Positions 55,321 to 64,000 of a DNA stretch of 64,000 bases are shown here, in pieces. Every line of letters starts with the position of its first letter. Within the stretch, counting starts at the first letter, position 1. This stretch comes from Leptogorgia sarmentosa (lineage: Eukaryota). The stretch is from contig OZ210885.1 of assembly GCA_964658305.1 (NCBI GenBank), forward strand, positions 14,384,001 to 14,448,000, written 5' to 3'. Made by a program: the position numbers and the translations under genes. The notes below the pieces were generated by a model. The model was not told the DNA's origin. It saw nothing but the letters and a program-made list of their open reading frames with translations, and ran no database searches.

Positions 55321-55508
55321 TAATGTATAAAGCACCGAATATAATGTTAAAAGCACCGAATATAATGTTAAAAGCACCGAATATAATGTTAAAAGCACCG
55401 AATATAATGTTAAAAGCACCGAATATAATGTTAAAAGCACCGAATATAATGTTAAAAGCACCGAATATAATAGAAATACAGCACCTATGACAGTCATGGC
55501 ATTCCATA
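55321..55508. mobile_element. IS3EU-like right terminus with 21-bp subterminal minisatellite (aaagcaccgaatataatgtta, about 7 copies)
   Basis: Tandem array 55321-55470, then ..tgacagtcatggcattccata. Its reverse complement TATGGAATGCCATGACTGTCAT matches the 37374 terminus at 15 of 22 positions. Confidence 0.65.
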
Positions 55509-55674
55509 TTTCTGGACATAACAAAATAATTCCTGGGTGACCGCACATGCTGATCCGAACTACCTGTAACTTTATGAAAATTGAGAACAAGGAATCTAAG
55601 TGTTTCAGTGGAATCCGAGTTATTGTATTTGTACAAACACATTGAAAAATGCGAGCTGCATGGAAGGATTTTTT

Positions 55675-58600
55675 TCAAATGAGGTGCCAGAAAAGTAAAT
55701 TAATATCAAACCGAAAAGTTTTCTCACCTGTAAATGCATGAAAACCAATGAGAGAATCACATAGATCAGAGCCAAGTGCTAAATGTAGTTTACACACATC
55801 CAAAATTCTTCTCTGGTTTCCAACACCAGTATCAAAATACATGACTGCAGGTATTGCTGGTCTATGTCCCAGCATTAAGACAAGTACATCCGTGTCAGGG
55901 CTGCAAATGATTACATGGTTGTGAAACATAGAAGCGTGTTGAGCATGAAGTAACATTCGTGTATCCGCTTCTTCATGATCACAGTACAGGTCGGAGCATT
56001 CTTCTACGAGAACGCCTTGGCTGGTTATGCTGAATTTATGGCACAGCTTACCGTGACAGATATATAATTCCACATTTGTGAGTGTGTTCGATAATATTGG
56101 GACGTTTTTCAAATGATGGAAAAAGAAGTCAACCAAAGCTTCTTTATTCTTTCCCATTGACAGAAACTTCTCAAACTGTCTGGGTACTTTCTGTTGTGGG
56201 CCCAGAATCATTATTACGGTTGATCCTGCATCAGTGTGTTTACTCCTTTCTAGGTTCTTGATGCTCACATCTCGGGATAGGTGTCACAAACAAAATCTAC
56301 TCTTGTCGACTTCGAACTTACTGCCGAAGATAAAATTCGACCAAGAATACTTTCCATCAATGCTCCAAACGTTTCGGGAACGTGTTTCATTGCCTGGATT
56401 AATGCCATTCCATCTAGTATCAAAGCGTTTTTAAAATGGTAGATCTTCAATAAGTGGATCTTCCACACGACCTTCTAAGATATGAAGTAACTTTGCTTTA
56501 GGCGTTTTCACTAATTCCCCGTCGACAGTTGCTATTGGCGATGGAAATTTTCTTAGACTGTATGTCAGAACTTCATGTCAACATTTCTTGGCTTTCTTAC
56601 CCCAAGCAATCTGGAAATGAACTTAAAGTCACTTTTCAATTCGACAAGTTGCCCTTTACCAGTCGTCACTCTTGCCTTTTTATCGACTGCCGAGAACATT
56701 TTCAGTTTCGTTGTTTCAAGTTTCACGAAAAGATCCGGTTCTTCATCCAATAAGCGCTCTTTTATGAAAGTCGTACACTTCTGCTCTCCTATTTGGACAC
56801 AGGTCATATCTTTAGAGATATTAGCAGTAGCTACCTTTCCATTTGCGATGTTGACCATGTTTTCCTCTACTTCAAATGGATTTCTCATCTTCGTTATAGT
56901 GTCCACAACATTGCCCACTTCCCTTTAAATCCCTGTCTTTGTGTGATCTACACAAAAAAATTTTATAAGTAAATCCTAAATTATATCACTTGAGAATCAA
57001 GGAATGGATTACCCGAGTCAAGTTGGTGGTTGATCACATAATTTGGTAATTATTATATTTGTCGAAATTTGTCTTAAGCAGTGATGTGTGAAGTAATCCA
57101 ATGCTGATTTAGGTTTTATAAAACCCAATATCACTGAAGAAATTCATGAAATACCTGCTGTTGGTTGAACTGTCCGTCATTGTGAAACACTGTCTCGTAA
57201 TAGCACCACGGTCTGCCTGTGCCATGATCCATCTGTGCACTGCGTTTTTGTTCAATGTGAATCCAACTATGCCACCTCTAACTTTAGAATCTCAATTGTA
57301 AGTTTGCTCCATAATCTGATCACAAGCAGTGGACAAGAAACCATACGTTTTCTGACGCTGACATGTCCAGTTGTTGATAATGCTATCGGTTGCGTCTATG
57401 AAATACAAGAGAGAATTACAAAGTACTAATTTTCTCCCATTTTCATGAAAGATTCGTAACATTGCATAACTCCACAATTTGAAAGTTTGAATCACCTGGG
57501 TGTGATGTTCCAAGACATAACATTTCAAGCCAATAAACTGTTCCATATCTGGTATAGTGGATCCTGTCTGTTGCAAAGAACCATGGTAACATAGATCTCA
57601 CTGCTGAGAGATATAAATCCCAGTTGTTCTCTCGTGTTGTGCACAAGAATGACAGAAGAGTTTGTACCATCTCAATGTAACTCAGCCACAATGCAAATGT
57701 TGGTTTTCTTTCGGCTTCCCTTTGCGCAAATGTAAAAACAGACGTTTTCAATTCTTCGAATTCCGTTGACATGACTTCGGCGACGTATTCTTCACCAGGG
57801 AATTTGGTGGCTAGGTTTTCTGAAGCACACGAAAGGTTATTATTATTCTTTCTTAAATTTCCCACATGCTTTAGCAATGAGCATACCCCGTAAATGTTAA
57901 CTTTGCATTTCACAAGTAGATTGTATAAATTTTAATCTCATTTGCAAATCACAACCTGAATCACCTTTTCATTTAAAATTGGGAATATCGGCCATCGTGA
58001 AATTTATGCCTGGGTTAAATTCCTCAAAAAAGACACTTACTGATCATAGTAATGGTTTCATCCTTTTTATCTTCTGAAAGAGAGTCAAGATATTGTTCAA
58101 ACAACAATCTCATTTGTGACCTGACACTTCTGTTGTAGTGCTTTCCAGACATAACTCTGTTTATTGATCCTACTGCGACAATTTCAGCCTCAATAAGAAT
58201 GTCCTATTAAAAGAAAAACCAAAGTTAAGTTAGCTTTATTTTGAATTGCATCAAACTGAAAAATCGTTTGACTCAACAAAATTTGTAAATCAGTTGATTG
58301 TGGTTGAGTTGGTAATGATCACATAGATGATGCAAGTATAAGTCATTTAATTTTGTCACGTTCTTCCATATTCCTTACTTTTCCTTGCTGATCATCGCTC
58401 CTTTCAGGTCGACAGTTTTTCGACAATCAATTTCGCAGGTTGGAGCTTCAAGCGTTCTCTTTCTAGGAATACTCTCTCTCTTCTCAGAATCACTAGGTAA
58501 ACGAGTATTCCTTTGGATTATGATACCTCCAGTTATATGGGTTGTCCCCTTGCCAGACCTGGTTTCTGAAAAGTCATTGTTATTCCAGGCCAGTGTAGTT

Positions 58601-59820
58601 GGCACATTACTTACGAAACCTGGAGGAATGGAAGTGTCTTCAGATATGTTTAACTGTGCAAGTGCTGTTTCGTGAGCTAATACAAATATGTGAGACATGC
58701 AATGCCCCAGCCCATTTATGAGTGATATAACTGAGGAGGATCCAGTCAGTTGCTGAAGCGCCATAGCAAGTGCTTATGCTCTTGGGAGTACGATTTCTTT
58801 GTTTGGATGCCAAGCTAACGAAGTCTTGCGTTATTGACATCAGTTTGGCGTTTTCTTTGGAATTAACATTCACGAAGTTATCTACAACGAGGTCTGATGA
58901 GAATCCACAGATCCAAGCTAGTGTGTTGAAAAGCTCACACGGAACAACTTTCCTGGCATTATCCATTGTGAGATCGGATGCTAGGGGTGGCCAGGGTAGG
59001 CCAAATTTAGGTATTTCATCAATCTTTTGCTTCAAAATCAATGTCGCGTTGTATAACACTTGCAACTCATTAACTTGAGGATTTACCTCCTCCTGGCATG
59101 TTGACGTAATCCATTTCATCCATATCATCATCGCTGTTTTCAGCTTCATGCAACAAATGTTCTTCCACCAAATCTGACGAATCTAAGTTCTCAACCTAGA
59201 CAATCTCACTGACGCTTCGTTTTTCGGGCATGCAGAACACAAGTTGTGGATAACTTTTTCTCAACCTCTGTTTGAGTTTGAATGCTCTGTATTTACACGC
59301 ATCAACATTTTCAGTGTCCTTAGCAATGGCAACTAATTTCAGAAGTAAGTCTTTCATGTATCTTATTTCCTTTCTTTTGATAATTTCAGGCTCGATAACT
59401 TCTTTACAGAGAATGCCATACGACTTTTCGTACACTGATTTACCTATTTTCTTCTCCTTTGTCTCTTTCGTGAGGAATCGTGTGTAATTGCAGTAACAAA
59501 CTTTGTGGTAGCGGACCTCCACTGCAACACACTGCACCACAGATAACTCTGAAGGATTTCTACCAAATCTACACACCAACTAATGTCTGCTATAGTGTCC
59601 TGTACAAAGTCTTCATAATGAGACATGTAAATAAATACAATCATTACAATGTAAACATTGCATATTATTTCGGTGACTCCGTCCAAATCACTTTGCAGTT
59701 CAAGCTTTTCAAAATTCACCTTTAGATAGTCTTCGACTTTTAGTGGGTTCACAAAAGTTTTATTAAGTCAGGTGTTTTATCAAGAATGCACTCTTCCAAA
59801 AGAAAATTCTACAAGCCTTC
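55675..59820 (-). pseudogene. Academ-type (AcademX) transposase with XPG/PIN-like nuclease domain; heavily decayed, intron-containing, 3'-truncated
   Basis: Collinear fragments AVEVRYHKVCY, LINGLGHCMS, LAWNNNDFSETRSGKGTTH, MSGKHYNRSVR, NWDLYLSAVRSMLPWFFATDRIHYTRY, CDQIMEQTYN, GGIVGFT, ILDGMALIQ, RVDFVCDTY..SIKNLER, DHEEADTRMLLHA, SPDTDVLV and LIGFHAFTG; many stops and frameshifts. Confidence 0.8.
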
Positions 59821-60233
59821 ATGGCATCGTAGAAATTAATTTAAGTCTGTTTTTAAATTGCAGACGACAACGTCCTCGACCCAGGCTTTTCTCGACAATT
59901 TGACGTCGACTTCCTCAATCTAAATCTATCTATTATTTCCATACAACATGGCGGATGCGAAGAGTGGGGCTGCAAATCAGTGAAATTGTGGCCAACAATA
60001 TTTTTGTTTGTTCATATATCTGCATTGATATCTAGACAATTGCATTTCCTACATGTAAAGCCAGTAGATAACTTGTGTAGGTTTGTGTAGAACAAATAAA
60101 AAGAGGCTACTGTCATGCGTATACAGTAGAATCCTGCTATCTCGAACTCGGTTATCTAATATTAGATAACGTATCACGACAGTTACTCGTCATTTAATTG
60201 GATCGGTTCACTGATCAATGGGTATCGCTACTA

Positions 60234-61516
60234 CAGTGCGTGTAAAGATAATATGCAAACAAATTTTACACACAGTTACAAATAGCAGTTGAAGCTTTTG
60301 ACGCGTTCGTCAATTAGGAATGAAATATTAATTTAATACTCAACTATGCTGTGTAACGGTATTATGCAATAGCGAAAATCTGTACACATTTTTATCTATG
60401 CATGATCATGAATAACAAAATCCATTGGATAAAGCAAATTAACGAAAGTTTCAACTCAAAACAATACGTCATAACATCAGTTACATATTGATGTACCCTC
60501 CATGGCTTTCAAGGATTTTTACAAGTCTTCCATCCATGGAGGTTGTTAGATTCTTGATTGTTTCCGGTGAAATAGTTCTGCAAGATGCTTTTATAGCCTC
60601 TTTAAGCTCCTTTTTGCTATTGTACTGTTTACCAGCTTCATACAAGTTACGTTTGACTATGGACCAGAGGTTTTCAATCGGGTTCAGGTCAGGAGATGCT
60701 GGTGGCCACACCATAAGCTTGGCATCTTTGAATCCTTTCGAAGCCAAAAAATCAGTGGTATACTTGGAAGCATGTGATGGGGCATTATCGTGCATGTAGA
60801 TGCATTTGCGCTTAAAAGAAAGAGTTTGACTCTTTTTACCACTTGAAAACATTTTGTGTTAGAAAATCACAATAAGCCTCACTATTCATCTTTACCCCTT
60901 CTTCCACCATAAATGGTCCAATAAGGGTGTCCCCACAGATCCCTGCCCAAAACATCACACCCCCACCGCCTTGTTGTCTTCTTACTCGAAATGGAGTCTC
61001 AAATCCATGGCCAACCCATCCTCTACTGAATCCATCTGGACCATCTAGTGTTGCACGACATTCATCAGTGAAGATAACCCTGCATCTGATCTTTTCTTCT
61101 TTTCAGTATTTATATTTTCCACGTATTTTTTAATTGTTCTGTGGTCTCGTTTCAAACGTTTTGCGATGTCAGCAGTTTGTACTTTTGCTGCCAGCATTCT
61201 CACAAATTTTGCTTTCTCATCTTCACTTATAGAACGCTTCTTACCCATTTTGTTCTGAATTTTTTACCAGATTGCATTGCAAACCTTTTGTTTACTTGCT
61301 TATGCAAATTGAATTCATTTGCATAATAGCGTTACACATAGCAATGCGAATTTCATTCAACAATTGAACAAAAAAAAAAGTTGTAAACTTTAAATTTTAA
61401 ATCCCAATATGAAAACAAGTCTTAACTTAGAATTACTCACATTCAAACTGACTACAGTTCCAGCTTATTGATACGAGTAAGAAATCCATGATTGCATATT
61501 ACCTTTACATGCACTG
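60234..61516 (-). mobile_element. Tc1-like transposon, DD37E (TRT-like), internally deleted, 1283 bp
   Basis: 25-bp TIRs cagtgcgtgtaaagataatatgcaa / ttgcatattacctttacatgcactg with 2 mismatches; TA TSD (60232-60233 / 61517-61518). Confidence 0.92.
60481..61248 (-). pseudogene. DD37E Tc1-family transposase, deleted and frameshifted
   Basis: MGKKRSISEDEK..IAKRLKRDHRTIKK.., then IFTDECRATLDGPDG..RRQQGGGGVMFWAGI, then MHDNAPSH..WPPASPDLNPIENLW with 37 residues between D and E. Confidence 0.9.
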
Positions 61517-61734
61517 TAGTGATAAAAATATATACACTGAAAATATACATACACTGTAAACATTACATGCATAAATCGGTAGTGATTCATGTTGTTTAAA
61601 ATAGCTACTGTTAACTGCCGCCGTGCTTATTATATTAAAACATTTAGTTGGCCGACATTGCCATTGCAATTCACAAATAGCGGGCAAACTCAGATTTGTA
61701 ACACAGTAGAACTCGTCACAACAAGACAGCCATA

Positions 61735-62790
61735 ATTTAAGTAATACAATTTACCTACCTGTTCTATGCCAAACATTATTCCCTTGGGGTCCCTGTACTC
61801 TCTAACTTTCCTATCTAAGCTAACAGCAGCCCCCTTCTCAATGGCAGCAGGGACGGAGAAGATATTTTGCTGATAAGATGGAATATACAGCGCGTTACTA
61901 AGCATTACATCTTGTAAATTACCATTAACATCGTACAATTTAACTTTGGCGTTACCTTTGCCTAAAACAACATTAGCTTTGCTTCCGTCAGCTAACTCTA
62001 TTACATGCTTACTCGGATCAAACTTTTGATCGAAACTTACAAATTTAGATTTATCATTAATTATATGACTCGTTGCCCCTGTATCTACTAATAGATTCAG
62101 GGTCTTACCTCCATTGGGAATACTTTCTTTAAGTGTAAATGCAAATGAATGTATCTTCTTAGCTTCTTCTTCGTTTTCGCCGGTTTCAGCGGCCATCTTA
62201 ACACCATCCTTTCTTCCTCTGCAGTCCTTGGTATTATGTGTCTTCCTCTTGCACTTGTTGCAGCACCACTTTGCGGTCTTCGTCCAACAATCCGAACTTT
62301 TATGTCCTTTCTTGTCGCACTTAAAACACTTTCCGTCGAATTTCTTGTTCACGAACATCACATTGTCACCATCCTCTGCCTGTCTGCCGCTTTTCTCATT
62401 TTCTTCGTGGTTGAGCAACAGGATTTTGAATTCGCCAAAACTCATTTGTTTTTCCCGTTGAATCACAACGGTTTATACGTCTTATATAACGGTTTAAAAC
62501 GTTTTATACGTCTTTGGTAGCCCCTTCTATACCATGGCAATTAGAAGTCTGTCGCTGGTCACCTCATCGGCAGCCTTCAGTGCCGTGGCCGCAGTTTCCA
62601 CCTGTATGATGTAGTCCGTTATCGTCTCATTTTCTGCTTTCTTTAACGATGTTAGCTCTGTATACAACGATATTATTCTGGGCTTTCCTTTGCCTTGATA
62701 ATGTTCTCTAAGAACCGTCAGAGCTTTCCTGCCATCGTCTTTTGCCTCTCGTATGACTAGGGCCAAGCTCCTGTCATCCAAGCTCCTATC
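61735..62790 (-). pseudogene. Ty1/Copia gag-protease fragment (GalEa-like, two zinc knuckles); no LTR, integrase or RT
   Basis: LDDRSLALVIREAKDDGRKALTVLREHY, CFKCDKKGHKSSDC, CNKCKRKTHNTKDC, protease LLVDTGATSHI, IELADG, ALYIP..NIFSV and KLYYL; stop and frameshift at about 62465-62530. Confidence 0.88.
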
Positions 62791-63514
62791 ATTCATATAC
62801 AACTTTGGAGTTTTACACAGTAATAATTTAATCATAAAAATCATTCATATATATACAAGATTAATCTATGATAAGTATTTTAACATAACATTCTTTTACC
62901 ATAAATGGTTTACAAATTTGGTCCATGCAACACATATTTTACCTACATAAACCAATTATCTATATATTCCATTGTCATTTTGATAATTGATTTCATTACT
63001 AATGTTAATGATATATTGACACAATGTCAGGAGCATATTCTAACACCCCCCAAATAAGTTGGTCCCGTACGCCTATGAACAAATTGTCACTGAAGAACAG
63101 TACAATGAAAACCTTATGCAATGATGCTTTAATGCTGAGATTGAGGTTGCTTCTTGGTAAGTGTATTTTAACCCTGGAGCACCTGAGTTTAGAAATACTT
63201 TCATAAAAATTATGAAACTTGGTATAATAGAAGATAATAGACCAACAAATGGGTGTGTGAGGTTTTTTTCAGTCTCCAACTGGCGAGCGTCATTTTCAGG
63301 CTGGTATCAGATATGATACCACAGGTTTTAGAGGGTAGATTTTCAGACATATCAAGTGAAAATGCTCAAACGAATACTCTTGTCATTTTTTCAATCAATG
63401 TCATACAAAACTTCAGTGTTGATACTAACAATCTACAATAGAAATATATATATATATATATACAAAATGTGCAAAACCTAGGTTTTGCCCTAATTATTTA
63501 CAGTACTGTAATGT

Positions 63515-63745
63515 TCATTTGTGAAATGCGGCAAAGCAGTTTCTTTCTTTGTTCAGACAAAGGTGTGCATTGAACTTCCCACACTTGATGTAGGAAAAGG
63601 CTGAACATGACTGAACATTTACTTCATCTTTCTGGATGTCGCGAGGAACAGCAACATACCTTCTTTTTGGTGGTTGTACTTCCTTGGTTGCCAGGTCTTC
63701 TAAAGATGGTCGACCACTTCTTTGTTTTCCTTTGCCCTTACCTGC
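63515..63745 (-). pseudogene. piggyBac transposase C-terminal cysteine-rich fragment
   Basis: The minus strand reads KGKQRSGRPSLED..VPRDIQKD..YIKCGKFNAHLCLNKER[frameshift]NCFAAFHK*. A candidate terminus TTAA|CCC lies at 63168-63174. Confidence 0.7.
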
Positions 63746-63749
63746 TGTT

Positions 63750-64000
63750 GTTTGTAGATGTGAGGTGCTGTAAAGGTGCTTTAGGGAATACTTTCGGACG
63801 TCGCTGTTTCAGACAGACACACTCGTTCATGATAAAATATTGTATATCCCGGCGGTCACAGCATCGATTCAAACAGTTTCTCCCGATGCTTGTGCTTCCA
63901 CTCCTTGAACAATAGCTTCGATGGTCTCCTGGTTTGTCTCCACGGTACATTAGCTGATATATTCCACAATGTTCACGGGCATTTGCGACAACATATCAGC
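63750..64000 (-). pseudogene. Ty3/Gypsy pol fragment (end of RNase H joined by deletion to the integrase zinc-binding region); runs off the right edge
   Basis: The minus strand reads ADMLSQMP (ADxLSRxP-like).. with stops, then RDIQYFIMNECVCLKQRRPKVFPKAPLQHLTST. Confidence 0.65.

Noticed and set aside
37368..55514. A single intact 18-kb IS3EU element from 37374 to 55508
   Set aside because: The termini are only 15/22 identical, the subterminal repeats are unrelated, and the 6-bp flanks do not form a TSD.
37360..55678. Repetitive-peptide ORFs at 37360, 42049, 42072, 50616, 55237 and 55298
   Set aside because: They are read-through of 21-bp or 10-bp subterminal tandem repeats of transposons.
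55675..56468. Host XPG/FEN1-type DNA repair gene
   Set aside because: The domain is collinear with upstream Academ transposase motifs, and the region is full of stops and frameshifts.
60122..60160. pogo/Tigger-like TIR start ta|cagtagaatcctgctatctcgaac, with a similar cagtagaactc at 61704
   Set aside because: Both are in the same orientation with no inverted partner, and they are too short to call an element.
47479..62520. Antisense and alternate-frame ORFs overlapping transposase and gag genes (e.g. 47694, 48457, 52052, 54307, 56575, 60488, 62114)
   Set aside because: They are shadow ORFs of real coding sequence with no independent motifs.

Overview
This is eukaryotic, intron-bearing, AT-rich heterochromatin-like DNA with no recognisable host gene. 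The repeat families suggest a marine invertebrate, possibly a cnidarian (inference only). Bases 1-37373 are one uninterrupted head-to-tail satellite array of about 300 monomers. The main monomer is 128 bp with 123-bp and 115-bp deletion variants, organised into higher-order blocks, and each monomer carries four dyad symmetries. The array ends abruptly mid-monomer at an IS3EU-like transposon terminus. Bases 37374-64000 are a dense stack of transposable elements. On the left, an IS3EU-like element holds a Sola3-like 5' end that holds a Crypton-like hairpin element. A second IS3EU-like end has its 21-bp minisatellite split by a 13-kb Zator-like element (TAA TSD). That element holds an 8.1-kb MULE (10-bp TSD), which holds a TG..CA MITE, a deleted Tc1/mariner and a P-type MITE. 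On the right are minus-strand relics of Academ, DD37E Tc1, Copia, piggyBac and Gypsy elements. All superfamily calls come from motifs, termini and TSDs read by eye, with no database search. I found no clear-cut new protein system. The best leads are the satellite architecture, the nested insertion history, and a clean +/- orientation switch of TE coding strands near 55.5 kb.
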